Source of the DNA: Candidatus Omnitrophota bacterium
GTDB taxonomy: Bacteria; Omnitrophota; Gorgyraeia; Tantalellales; Tantalellaceae
Assembly (NCBI GenBank): GCA_035403965.1
Contig: DAONGE010000004.1
Span: 18,306 to 82,305, forward strand
DNA length: 64,000 bases
Direction: 5' to 3'
Shown: one piece after another, positions 1 to 11,281 of the stretch
Layout: the number at the start of each line of letters is the position of its first letter
Numbering within the stretch: position 1 is the first letter of the stretch
Notes under the pieces: generated by a model
Told to the model about the DNA's origin: nothing
Databases searched by the model: none
The model's input: the letters and a program-made list of their open reading frames with translations, nothing else
Made by a program: the position numbers and the translations under genes

Positions 1-128
1 GCCGAACGCAGTTCTATGTCCAGTTTTTCTTCCTTAAACCTTTTCCGCATGTACGCTTCAGCTAAAATACTGCGACAGCTGTTGCCCGTACATACCACAA
101 GAACTTTTCTCACTTCATCAGCATGCAT

Positions 129-623
129 CTATAGTTTCTTGTTCTTCTCTTCAATGCTTCGAACAAGGTCCTTTTTATGTTGTTCAAGTTTTTTTTCAAT
201 ATCCCTGTCGCTTACGGCAAGTATTTCCGCGGCAAGTATTCCCGCGTTCACGGCACCGGCTTTTCCTATCGCAACTGTCGCCACGGGTATCCCTGACGGC
301 ATCTGCACTGTGGAAAGAAGGGAATCAAGCCCGTTAAGTTTGCTTTCCATCGGCACTCCTATCACAGGAAGCGTGGTATGTGCCGCCACTACACCCGCAA
401 GATGCGCTGCCCCGCCCGCTCCGGCTATAATGACCTTTATTCCTTTTGCCTTGGCCTTTTTAGCAAAATCTGCGGCAAGATCGGGAGACCTGTGCGCGGA
501 CAATATTTTCATATCATGCCCTATGCCGAATTTGGTCAGCATATCCGACGCCTCTTTCATAATGGAAAGATCGGAATCGCTTCCCATTATTATACTCACC
601 GTGATCCCCGCTCTTTTTTTCAT
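129..623 (-). CDS. purE: N5-carboxyaminoimidazole ribonucleotide mutase PurE
   Basis: 164 aa; PurE fold motifs ([16 protein letters not shown]). Stop TAG. Sits in a purine gene cluster. Confidence 0.9.
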   Translation of the reverse strand: MKKRAGITVSIIMGSDSDLSIMKEASDMLTKFGIGHDMKILSAHRSPDLAADFAKKAKAKGIKVIIAGAGGAAHLAGVVAAHTTLPVIGVPMESKLNGLDSLLSTVQMPSGIPVATVAIGKAGAVNAGILAAEILAVSDRDIEKKLEQHKKDLVRSIEEKNKKL

Positions 624-1942
624 TTCTTCTCCCTTTTAAAACAAAATATTTTTCTCTTTTTTTTAGCGGCCGTTCTTTTCACTTCGCGATATCCGATATC
701 CGTACGGTAATGCATACCGTCGAATTTTATCTTTTTTATCCCCTTGTATGCCTGTTCCAGGGCTTTTTCAATATTTTTCCCCGTGCCCACAACATTCAGC
801 ACCCGGCCTCCGGCAGTAACAAGTTTTCCGTCTTTCATTGCTGTGCCTGCGTGAAAGACCATTACCCCTTCTTTTTCGGCCTCTTTGATCCCGGTTATTT
901 CTTTTCCTTTTTCAAAATCCCCCGGATATCCTCCCGATGCGAGAACAACACACACTGCGGTCTTGTTCTCCCATTTTATGGAAGAACTTTCTATCCGCCC
1001 GAAGGCGACCTCCTCAAAAATATCAACGATATCCGACTTCATCCTCGGCAATATCGCCTGTGTCTCCGGGTCCCCAAACCTTACATTGTATTCCAAAACT
1101 TTGGGGCCATTTTTAGTTATCATAAGTCCCGCATATAAAATACCTTTGAACGTCATCCCTTCCTTGCGCATTCCATTTATCGTAGGCTGAAGTATCGTCT
1201 TGTTGATCTGATCCAGCATTTTCTTATCGGCAATAGACGCCGGAGAATATGCCCCCATCCCGCCGGTATTCGGACCTTTATCATCGTTAAAAACTCTTTT
1301 ATGATCCTGACTTGTCGCGAGCGGAACGATCTTTTTCCCGTCCGTGATCACAAGTATAGAGACCTCTTCTCCTCCGAGGCATTCCTCGACTATAATCTTA
1401 TGTCCTGCCGAGCCGAATATTTTATCCTCCAGCATCGCCTTCGCCGCGTTCACGGCTTCTTCTATCGTCGTCGCGACTACAACACCTTTCCCGGCAGCCA
1501 GCCCGTCCGCTTTGATGACAACCGGCACCCCGACGGAATTTATGTATTTCTCCGCCTTGGCCACGTCATCGAATATCCTAAATTCGGCGGTCGGTATGTT
1601 ATATCTAGCCATCAGCTCTTTCGCAAATATCTTGCTGGCCTCTAATCGCGCAGCGACATACGATGGGCCGCAAACCTTTATTCCGGCTTCTTCAAGCACA
1701 TCGGTAATCCCGCGAGCAAGAGCCGCTTCGGGCCCCACGACTACAAGATCTATTTTTTTTGCAAGGCAAAAACCCTTTATCGCGTTATTATCGGCAGGAT
1801 CGACTTCCGTAACGTTCACGGCGATGTTTCCGGTACCACCGTTTCCCGGCATACAATAGAGATTTTTCACGCGTCTACTTTTTTTAATTTTCCAACAAAG
1901 CGCGTGTTCACGCCCACCCGAACCTATAACGAGTATATTCAT
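620..1942 (-). CDS. purD: phosphoribosylamine--glycine ligase PurD
   Basis: ATP-grasp GAR synthetase ([15 protein letters not shown]...). The ORF track extends it to 1978. The ATG at 1942 overlaps the purM stop as ATGA, so 1942 is the likely start. Confidence 0.88.
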   Translation of the reverse strand: MNILVIGSGGREHALCWKIKKSRRVKNLYCMPGNGGTGNIAVNVTEVDPADNNAIKGFCLAKKIDLVVVGPEAALARGITDVLEEAGIKVCGPSYVAARLEASKIFAKELMARYNIPTAEFRIFDDVAKAEKYINSVGVPVVIKADGLAAGKGVVVATTIEEAVNAAKAMLEDKIFGSAGHKIIVEECLGGEEVSILVITDGKKIVPLATSQDHKRVFNDDKGPNTGGMGAYSPASIADKKMLDQINKTILQPTINGMRKEGMTFKGILYAGLMITKNGPKVLEYNVRFGDPETQAILPRMKSDIVDIFEEVAFGRIESSSIKWENKTAVCVVLASGGYPGDFEKGKEITGIKEAEKEGVMVFHAGTAMKDGKLVTAGGRVLNVVGTGKNIEKALEQAYKGIKKIKFDGMHYRTDIGYREVKRTAAKKKRKIFCFKREKK

Positions 1943-2961
1943 CTGCCGTTCCCTTTTTCCATCAGATCCACGCCCCATTTGCCGGACTTTATGCCGCCGA
2001 TAACCCAGCTTTTAAGACCGTATTTATTTTTCAGTATCGCTTGCGCTTTTTTTATGTCTTGTTTTGAAATGACAAGCGCCATTCCGATCCCCATATTGAA
2101 AGTCCGGTACATTTCTTTTTCGTCCGGCTCGGCTTTTTTAATTATCATTTTAAACACCTGCGGGATCTCCCATGTTCCTTTTTCGATAAACACCCTTTTA
2201 TCTTTTGGGACCACACGATGTATATTATCGTAAAAACCTCCGCCTGTAATATGCGCGGCGGCCTTGACATTCAGTTTACCCATTATCTCAAGAACCGGTT
2301 TTACATAAATGATTGTAGGCTTCAAAAAAATATCGATATTTTTGATCAGTTCTTTCTTTGAAAATATTTTTCTTACGAACGAATACCCGTTTGAATGCAA
2401 TCCGCTTGATTGTATCCCCAATATCACGTCTCCTGAACGAACCTTGCTTCCATCAAGCGCCTTTTTTCGGTCTACTATACCTACGGCGAATCCAGCCAGA
2501 TCATAATCCCCGTCTTTATACATCCCGGGCATTTCCGCGGTCTCTCCGCCTATAAGGGCGCATTCGGCCTGTTTACACCCTTCAACTATACCGTTTATAA
2601 CACTGGTCCATATCTTGCCGTCCAATTTCCCCGTCGCGAAATAATCCAGAAAGAACAAAGGCCTGGCCCCGCAGCATAAACAATCGTTCACGCTCATCGC
2701 CACAAGATCTATTCCTACAGTCCCGTTCACTCCGGATTCTATCGCTAATTTTAATTTTGTCCCAACCCCGTCGGTAGAAGCCACAAGAAGCGGATTTTTT
2801 ACGCCCCTTTTCCCAGCGTCAAAAAACGCGCCGAACCCTCCAATCGAATCCATACTTCCTTTTACCCTGGTGGAATCAATGCGTTTTCTTATGTCCTTTA
2901 TAAGCTGATTGGCCTTTTCGATATCTACACCGGCCTTTTTATACGTAACCGATCTTTTCAT
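1939..2961 (-). CDS. purM: phosphoribosylformylglycinamidine cyclo-ligase PurM (AIR synthetase)
   Basis: 340 aa with an AIRS N- and C-domain signature (GGFGAFFD, DGVGTK). Confidence 0.9.
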   Translation of the reverse strand: MKRSVTYKKAGVDIEKANQLIKDIRKRIDSTRVKGSMDSIGGFGAFFDAGKRGVKNPLLVASTDGVGTKLKLAIESGVNGTVGIDLVAMSVNDCLCCGARPLFFLDYFATGKLDGKIWTSVINGIVEGCKQAECALIGGETAEMPGMYKDGDYDLAGFAVGIVDRKKALDGSKVRSGDVILGIQSSGLHSNGYSFVRKIFSKKELIKNIDIFLKPTIIYVKPVLEIMGKLNVKAAAHITGGGFYDNIHRVVPKDKRVFIEKGTWEIPQVFKMIIKKAEPDEKEMYRTFNMGIGMALVISKQDIKKAQAILKNKYGLKSWVIGGIKSGKWGVDLMEKGNGR

Positions 2962-2995
2962 TTCCCCCGCCTTTTCGCGCTCTTTTCCCAGTCTG

Positions 2996-4291
2996 TTATT
3001 TAAGCCCTATGCTCTTAAAAACATCGTCTATATGCCTCATATGATAATCCAGGCAGAAACAATCCTTTATTTCTTTTTGCGTCATCAGTTTATTGATCGC
3101 CTTGTCCTTAAGAAGAACCTCATCGAAACCTTTATTTTCTCTGAAAGCCTGAAGCGACGCACCCTGCACAATATCATATGCTTCTACTCTCGTCGCTCCC
3201 TTTTTCACGAGTTCAAGCAGTATTCTCTGTGAATAGATCAAACCTTTTGTTATGCCTAGATTTTCCTTCATCTTTTCTTCGTTAACGACCAGTTTCTCGA
3301 TAAGCGTTTTCATTTTCGCAAGCATGTAATCCAAAAGTATCGTCGAATCCGGTATTATTACGCGTTCCGCGGACGAATGAGAGATGTCCCTTTCGTGCCA
3401 AAGCGCCACATTCTCCATCGCTACCATGGCGTTCCCGCGAAGAACCCTGGCAAGCCCGTCTATCCTCTCGCATATTATCGGGTTCTGTTTATGCGGCATA
3501 CTGGAAGAACCGGTCTGCCCTGTGGCGAAAAATTCCTGAACCTCCGCTATCTCGGTCTTCTGCAGCCCCCTCACTTCCAGCGCGATCTTTTCAAGCGTAG
3601 TGCCTAATAACGCGATCATGTTAAGATAAAAAGCATGTCTATCCCTCTGCAATATCTGGGAGGACACGCGTGCCGGCTTAAATCCTAATTTCTCGCACAC
3701 ATATTCCTCAACGAAAGGATCAACGTTAGCGAATGTTCCCACAGATCCGGATATCTTTCCGCACGCTATCGTTTCCCTGGCTTCCTTAAGCCGCGCGAGA
3801 CCTCTTTCCATCTCCCGGTAATAAAGGGCCATCTTCAAACCAAACGTTATCGGTTCGGCATGTACTCCGTGAGAACGGCCTATCATCGGGGTTTTCTTGT
3901 ATTTTACGGCTTTTTTCTTAAGCTCTTCCTTAACCTCTTCCGCCCCTTTTATCAGGATATCCATCGCCTCGCACATCATAACGGAAAGGGCCGTATCAAG
4001 AACATCGCTAGAAGTAAGCCCAAAATGAAAGTATTTGGCATCTTCTCCGACATATTCCGAAACATTTTTTATAAAAGCCACAACATCGTGATGCGTCTTT
4101 TCCTCTATTTCTTTGATTCTCTCAACATCGATATTGGCTTTTTCTTTTATGATTTTAAAGGATTTCTGCGGTATGATGCCTTTTTGGGCCATAGCTTCGC
4201 ATGCAAGTATTTCTATTTGAAGCATTTTTCGGAATTTGTTTTCATCCGTCCATATCCCGGCTATAACGGGACGAGAATATCTATCGATCAT
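2996..4291 (-). CDS. purB: adenylosuccinate lyase PurB
   Basis: ~431 aa fumarate-lyase family protein with the SSxMPHKxN signature (SSSMPHKQNP). Stop TAA. The track's first codon is GTG; ATG at 4291 is the likely start. Confidence 0.9.
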   Translation of the reverse strand: MIDRYSRPVIAGIWTDENKFRKMLQIEILACEAMAQKGIIPQKSFKIIKEKANIDVERIKEIEEKTHHDVVAFIKNVSEYVGEDAKYFHFGLTSSDVLDTALSVMMCEAMDILIKGAEEVKEELKKKAVKYKKTPMIGRSHGVHAEPITFGLKMALYYREMERGLARLKEARETIACGKISGSVGTFANVDPFVEEYVCEKLGFKPARVSSQILQRDRHAFYLNMIALLGTTLEKIALEVRGLQKTEIAEVQEFFATGQTGSSSMPHKQNPIICERIDGLARVLRGNAMVAMENVALWHERDISHSSAERVIIPDSTILLDYMLAKMKTLIEKLVVNEEKMKENLGITKGLIYSQRILLELVKKGATRVEAYDIVQGASLQAFRENKGFDEVLLKDKAINKLMTQKEIKDCFCLDYHMRHIDDVFKSIGLK

Positions 4292-4594
4292 ACACACACC
4301 CTTTTTTACGGTTTATCTTTCGCTTTTTGAGGTTCCGGCCTCACGCCAGAGTATTTTTTATATCATATATAGTAGGGCCTGTCAACTTTTGTACGGACAG
4401 ATATCCTCTTCTTTACAACATGTCTCTTTATGAATTTATCGGACGCTTTCTAGTACCTCTTGCAAGTTGTTACACTCCCTTTTTTCATGAATAATTTTTG
4501 AAAATCACCAGTTCTGCTCGATTTTTCACTGCACCCCATAATAAACCTTGAAAGGATACCTTTAATTTGTTATAATTCAACTCACATATTTCGT

Positions 4595-4669
4595 CGCGGG
4601 GTGGAGCAGGGGTAGCTCGTGAGGCTCATAACCTCAAGGTCGGAGGTTCGATTCCTTCCCCCGCAACCA
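4595..4669 (+). tRNA. tRNA-Met (CAT), initiator type
   Basis: Cloverleaf with anticodon loop CTCATAA. A C1:A72 mismatch and GC-rich anticodon stem are typical of bacterial tRNA-fMet. CCA is encoded. Confidence 0.85.
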
Positions 4670-4734
4670 GATAAATACAGGCTTTCTACATCTCGGTAGA
4701 AAGCCTTTTTTATATGCTTTGGAGGTGTTTTGAT

Positions 4735-5487
4735 ATGAAATTTTCTCCTGTAAACTGGTTTTTCCTGATCGCGCTGATCTCCGCCTTCATATTTTTTATA
4801 CGCGGCCTCCGGGTGCTTCGAAGTGAGATCATCATAAAATACTTCATTCCTTTTACGATCGTTTTTTCCGGACTGCTGTTTCTGGATAATTTCATACACC
4901 TGAAATTCCTAAAACTTATCGCGCTGGTTTTGCTTCTTTCTGCCGTGATCGTTCTGATCTCGGATATCTTTCTTTATTTTTTCTTTTCTTTAAAACATTA
5001 TATGCGCGCAAAAAAAGACCTGTCTGCGGGTTTGCCTCCCCACATCATGGAGATCTGCTCGGCTTGTGAATCCATGGCTTCGACACGAACGGGGGCCTTA
5101 ATCATCGTCGAGAAAAAAGATCCGCTCGAACCTTTTATAAGCAGCGGCATGCCTTATGATGCCGACATCCGGGCCGAAATTCTTCTCGCGCTATTCGCTA
5201 AAACATCACCGGTCCATGATGGCGCCGTAATAGTCATGAACGGCCGGATCTCACGCGTAAAAAGCATTCTCCCGATATCGACAAGCGCCCTTGTCCCAAT
5301 GGGCGTAGGAACAAGACACCGCGCGGCTATCGGTATCACGGAAAAAACGGATGCTCTTGTTTTCGTTGTTTCGGAGGAACGCGGCGAATTAAGCATCGCA
5401 TATAAAGGAAATCTGTTCAAACCGGAGTCTCAGGATATCCTTTTAAAACTGGTCCAGGACATACTCCGCGGGAAAAATATCGTCTAG
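4735..5487 (+). CDS. cdaA: membrane-anchored diadenylate cyclase CdaA (c-di-AMP synthase)
   Basis: N-terminal TM helices plus a DAC domain (DGA, TRHRAAIGITEKTDALVFVVSEERG). GGAGG RBS lies 8 nt upstream of the ATG at 4735; the track's 4714 start contains the RBS. Confidence 0.85.
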   Translation: MKFSPVNWFFLIALISAFIFFIRGLRVLRSEIIIKYFIPFTIVFSGLLFLDNFIHLKFLKLIALVLLLSAVIVLISDIFLYFFFSLKHYMRAKKDLSAGLPPHIMEICSACESMASTRTGALIIVEKKDPLEPFISSGMPYDADIRAEILLALFAKTSPVHDGAVIVMNGRISRVKSILPISTSALVPMGVGTRHRAAIGITEKTDALVFVVSEERGELSIAYKGNLFKPESQDILLKLVQDILRGKNIV

Positions 5488-5504
5488 AAAAATGTGGAGA
5501 TAAA

Positions 5505-5834
5505 ATGAATACCGTAATATTACTGACCATATCGAATATATTTATGACATTTGCCTGGTACGGACACCTAAAATACAAATCTTCTCCGCTCGCCCTTGTT
5601 ATACTGGTAAGCTGGCTGATAGCCTTTGTGGAATACTGCTTTCAGGTGCCGGCAAACCGCATCGGACACTCGCAATTCTCAGCCGCACAGCTGAAGACCA
5701 TTCAAGAGGTCATTACTCTGGTGGTTTTTTGCGTGTTCTCTGTCACATATCTGAAAGAAGACCTGCGCTGGAATTATCTGGTTGGCTTCGGGTTCATGAT
5801 CCTCGCAGTGTTTTTTGTTTTTAAAAAATGGTAA
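5505..5834 (+). CDS. small DMT-superfamily membrane protein (DUF486-like)
   Basis: 109 aa with 4 predicted TM helices, immediately downstream of cdaA. Confidence 0.55.
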   Translation: MNTVILLTISNIFMTFAWYGHLKYKSSPLALVILVSWLIAFVEYCFQVPANRIGHSQFSAAQLKTIQEVITLVVFCVFSVTYLKEDLRWNYLVGFGFMILAVFFVFKKW

Positions 5835-6069
5835 CTCCCTCTCTCGTCTGTTCGGAAGTTCTGCGCTCTCAAGAAAAATACCCTGTTATTTTTGATCTCC
5901 AGGCGTTTGATACTTCGCTGAAGCGTAAAATATTTCTATCTTTTGCGGGTATTTTTCTTAAGTGCTCGAACATTCCGAACAGACTAATCTCCGAAAAAGC
6001 GTATTTAAGGTTTACGTATTAACGTGACCTTGCAAATGACGTCACTGCGAGGATCAATAGTCAAAGGTT

Positions 6070-6363
6070 GGCGACGAAGCAATCTTTGGGTAGCGAATAG
6101 ATCATTACGCATAGCTTGCTTCGCTCGCAATGACAGCGAGAGATTTTATTGAAGATGTCGTGCGGGAATCCGAGCATTGGAGAGAAAAGCCCACAATAGA
6201 TAAAAGTAAATTACGCATCTGCGATAGGCGAACGCCGGGAGATTAAAAATAACAGGGCTTTTCTCGAAACGCGCAGGATGACGCACAACATCTAAGGGAT
6301 ATCCGGTAGTATATTTTTTAGAGATTGCTTCGTCGCTTCGCTCCTCGCAATGACAATGATGGA
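6070..6363. repeat. structured intergenic repeat, copy A
   Basis: Conserved ~38-nt motif (AAATAAATTACGCATCNGCGNTANNCAAACGCCGGGAG) at 6203-6241. It is enclosed by an 11-bp stem, 6182-6192/6255-6265. Outer inverted repeat 6070-6085/6322-6336. Confidence 0.6.
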
Positions 6364-6492
6364 TCCCTCTCCTCCCGAGACCACATTCGAAAGAACACAA
6401 ACTTCTCCTTGCGAATCAGGCATGCCCATCATATCCATATAAGCATTACTTACGATTGGACATTTTCCGGAAACATTTGGTATACTTATCAC

Positions 6493-6885
6493 ATGAGTCC
6501 ATTCGATTTTTCCGAAAAAAGGCATTCGGCGCGGCTCGCGCTAAAATGCCGCATATCAGTCCGGATAGAGGGAAAAGATTCCGGGGCAAAAAATTTTTCG
6601 GCCATCGGCAAAAACATAAGTACTGACGGCATTTTATTCGCCTCAAAACAACAACTTACCGCCGGAGACACCATATTGATGACATTGTCCTTTCCCGGGG
6701 AAGAAACAAAAGAAGATCAGCTTTTACTGCGCGGTGCGGTAAAATGGTGCTCGCCTATTTTTGAAGGCACCGTAAAAACCGGTTTTTATGATACCGGGAT
6801 CCGTTTTGTTGATCTGGATCAGGCCAACTTAAAATTCCTTGTAAAATACGTTTGTGGAAATCTTACGGAAGGGATATCAAGGTAG
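6493..6885 (+). CDS. PilZ domain protein (c-di-GMP binding)
   Basis: RxxxR plus D/NxSxxG-like motifs (KRHSARL ... NISTDGILF). Start moved to the internal ATG at 6493, downstream of the repeat element. Confidence 0.6.
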   Translation: MSPFDFSEKRHSARLALKCRISVRIEGKDSGAKNFSAIGKNISTDGILFASKQQLTAGDTILMTLSFPGEETKEDQLLLRGAVKWCSPIFEGTVKTGFYDTGIRFVDLDQANLKFLVKYVCGNLTEGISR

Positions 6886-6893
6886 CTATTATC

Positions 6894-7835
6894 ATGAAAA
6901 AACTCGTGCTGCTGGCCGGTAATATTTCTTTCGACCTTATAAAAAGCGTGACACACAGCGACGGCCTGGGATTCACCGCATATATCGGGGGATCTATCTG
7001 CAATACCGCGATACAGGTGAGCCGCCTTGGATTACCGGTAGCGCTCTTTTCCTGTCTGGGAAAAGATCCGCTCAGCGACTATGCCATACATCTATTAAAA
7101 AAAGAACATATACTGACAAAATATATTCACCGGAACGGCGCGTTTCATCCGTCCCTGGCAATAGCGAATCTCGACAAACAAGGTAACTCTTCTTACAGTT
7201 TTTCAAGGGCCAGCGCATCGGCGAAGTTCGAACATATCCCTAAAAGTTTTCTGAAGAACATCAGCGTTTTCCACACGGGTTCTTTTTTCTGTTGTGATAT
7301 TTCAACTTATCCCATAGCCCTTTCTCTTGTAAAAAAAATGAAAAAGGCCGGGGTACCTTCTTTCTTTGATCCGAATTGGCGAGCCTCACGTATCGATGAT
7401 ATTGCCGCGGCAAAAAAACGTATATTTTCACTCCTCCCGTATTTTTCACTCGTTAAATTAAGCGACGATGACATTACGGGTATTACCGGGGAAGCGGATC
7501 TGAACCGGGCGATCAGTATTCTGGAAAAACACACTCGCGCGCACATTATCGTTACGCTGGGCGAAAAAGGCTCACTATATAAAAGCCCGACAGGTTTCAT
7601 AACATGCCCTGCCATAGATATAAAGATCGCCGATACTATAGGAGCTGGGGATGCCTTTACTTCCGGTTTGATTTATAAGTTCATGACATTAGGCAAAGAA
7701 AAATTCTTTAAAGACATGCATGACAATCTTATTTTTGCATCTAAAGTAGCCGCTGTTATTTGTACGGGACACGGTGCCACAAGCGCGTTACGCGGGATCT
7801 CGCAGGTCAAAGCCGTTAAAACACATACCATATAG
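6894..7835 (+). CDS. PfkB-family carbohydrate/nucleoside kinase
   Basis: Ribokinase-fold protein with a C-terminal TIGAGDAF motif. Start at MKKLVLLAGN. Confidence 0.8.
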   Translation: MKKLVLLAGNISFDLIKSVTHSDGLGFTAYIGGSICNTAIQVSRLGLPVALFSCLGKDPLSDYAIHLLKKEHILTKYIHRNGAFHPSLAIANLDKQGNSSYSFSRASASAKFEHIPKSFLKNISVFHTGSFFCCDISTYPIALSLVKKMKKAGVPSFFDPNWRASRIDDIAAAKKRIFSLLPYFSLVKLSDDDITGITGEADLNRAISILEKHTRAHIIVTLGEKGSLYKSPTGFITCPAIDIKIADTIGAGDAFTSGLIYKFMTLGKEKFFKDMHDNLIFASKVAAVICTGHGATSALRGISQVKAVKTHTI

Positions 7836-7889
7836 ATCAGTACCGACAAAGCACCTGTTTAGACGCTAACCGGCCTTTTCTGAAAAAAG

Positions 7890-10137
<2,248 letters not shown>

Positions 10138-10312
10138 TCTTTCTCCTATGAACAGGCATTGATACTTCCGGAAAACCCGGCAGGATAACACCCATACGCA
10201 CTGCGTTCAATGTTGCTATTATATCCCACTGTCCCTGTTTGTCAACAATACGTGTTCTGCGCCACTCCGGGGCTTTTATAAAACATTGCGATAGACGAAA
10301 ATGGTTTTTTTA

Positions 10313-10341
10313 TTGACCGCTCTCCATTTTTATATTATGAT
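10313..10341 (+). promoter_or_regulatory. sigma70-type promoter for the small Cys-rich ORF
   Basis: -35 TTGACC (10313-10318), 17-bp spacer, -10 TATGAT (10336-10341). Confidence 0.55.
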
Positions 10342-10383
10342 TATCGCGTAGGTAGTTTCATAATAACCACGACAGGATGCGCG

Positions 10384-10569
10384 ATGTTCAAAAAATCTCA
10401 AAAATTATTCTGCTGTGAAAAGTGCCAGAATTACTGGACTTGCGAAACCAAATGGTACCGCGGTGAACACGGAGAAGAAAACGTCTGCTGTCCTTTGTGT
10501 TCGTTCTACGAGATACACTGGAAAGATATTCCAGCTTCGGAAAAAACCCCGGGTAAACACTCCCATTAA
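10384..10569 (+). CDS. small cysteine-rich (zinc-ribbon-like) protein, 61 aa
   Basis: 8 Cys (CCEKC ... CCPLC). AGGA RBS. Has its own consensus promoter and a rho-independent terminator. Confidence 0.6.
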   Translation: MFKKSQKLFCCEKCQNYWTCETKWYRGEHGEENVCCPLCSFYEIHWKDIPASEKTPGKHSH

Positions 10570-10590
10570 TTTAACTGTTTGTAAAAACAA

Positions 10591-10628
10591 AAAAGCCTTT
10601 CAGAAAAACTGAAAGGCTTTTTTGTTTA
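10591..10628. terminator. bidirectional rho-independent terminator
   Basis: Hairpin AAAAGCCTTTCAG-AAAAA-CTGAAAGGCTTTT with an A-tract on one side and a T-tract on the other. Sits between the small ORF (+) and tRNA-Thr (-). Confidence 0.8.
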
Positions 10629-10636
10629 TCTGCTTA

Positions 10637-10712
10637 TGGAGCCCGCGAGTGGACTCGAACCACCGACCTAGGCATTACGAATGCCTTGCTCTACCAGCTG
10701 AGCTACGCGGGC
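10637..10712 (-). tRNA. tRNA-Thr (CGT)
   Basis: 76 nt with CCA encoded. Anticodon arm AGGCA-TTCGTAA-TGCCT. Confidence 0.85.
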
Positions 10713-10879
10713 ACACAACAGCGTAAAAATTGTATAATCAAAGTCGTTCTTTTTCAAGAGAATTCTGTTGTCTCCTTTCCGGTAGCAACATATTACCGTC
10801 ACTTTTCGAAATTGCGTATTCTTATCTACGGTAGACGAGCCCTTTTCACAAAGAGAAGTTTGTGTTCTTTCTACCGTGG

Positions 10880-11150
10880 ACGCTCAAAATCCCCGGCGAC
10901 CGAGGACGCAATGTCCGAGGAAGTGCCGAGGCCTCCGGACGAGGCCGGCTCAACTCGCTCAGCGTTCGGCCTCGCTCTCTCCGCTAACGCGGAGATCCGT
11001 GCCCGCATCGGCCTCTCGATGCCCCGTACGAAAGAACATAAACTTCTCCGAAAAAGGAAATCGTATAAACGACAGAACTTCTCGTTTCGCCAAGTCAACC
11101 GAATGAAATATCGCATATATAGCTACGGCTTTTATTGGAGAGCGGGGGGA
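10880..11150. repeat. intergenic mosaic repeat (module 2), shared with 32015-32091
   Basis: GACGCAATGTCYGARGAAGTRCC ... ATAYATAGCTACGGC is shared between the two loci. ORFs 10686..11168 and 10871..11116 inside it are judged spurious. Confidence 0.5.
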
Positions 11151-11281
11151 CGAAGACGGGGGCGATAAACTAAAATAGCAGCTCGCTTCTCCGGATCGTC
11201 CCCGCGAATTGTTTCCCCGGAAACTATCAGGTATAATAAGTTCGAGTTTAGCGCATTTATAGTTATTTTCATTTTAAAATC

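Noticed and set aside
16-639. Long antisense ORFs opposite real genes (e.g. 16..639 +, 1344..1859 +, 13518..14093 +, 29995..30777 +, 40513..41004 +, 45579..46025 +)
   Set aside because: Each is fully embedded antisense to a gene with strong homology (purE, purD, lpxD, SHOCT protein, methyltransferases, SDR). They are shadow ORFs.
4714-4734. Upstream ATG at 4714 as the cdaA start (track ORF 4714..5487)
   Set aside because: That ATG lies inside the GGAGG ribosome-binding site for the ATG at 4735, and the added residues (MLWRCFD) are not part of CdaA. Start placed at 4735.
10686-11168. 160-aa and 81-aa ORFs (10686..11168 +, 10871..11116 -) downstream of tRNA-Thr
   Set aside because: They lie entirely within a GC-rich repeat module that recurs near tRNA-Asp. 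Their translations are low-complexity (Arg/Ala/Ser/Pro runs). They have no RBS or homology signal. Treated as non-coding repeat DNA.
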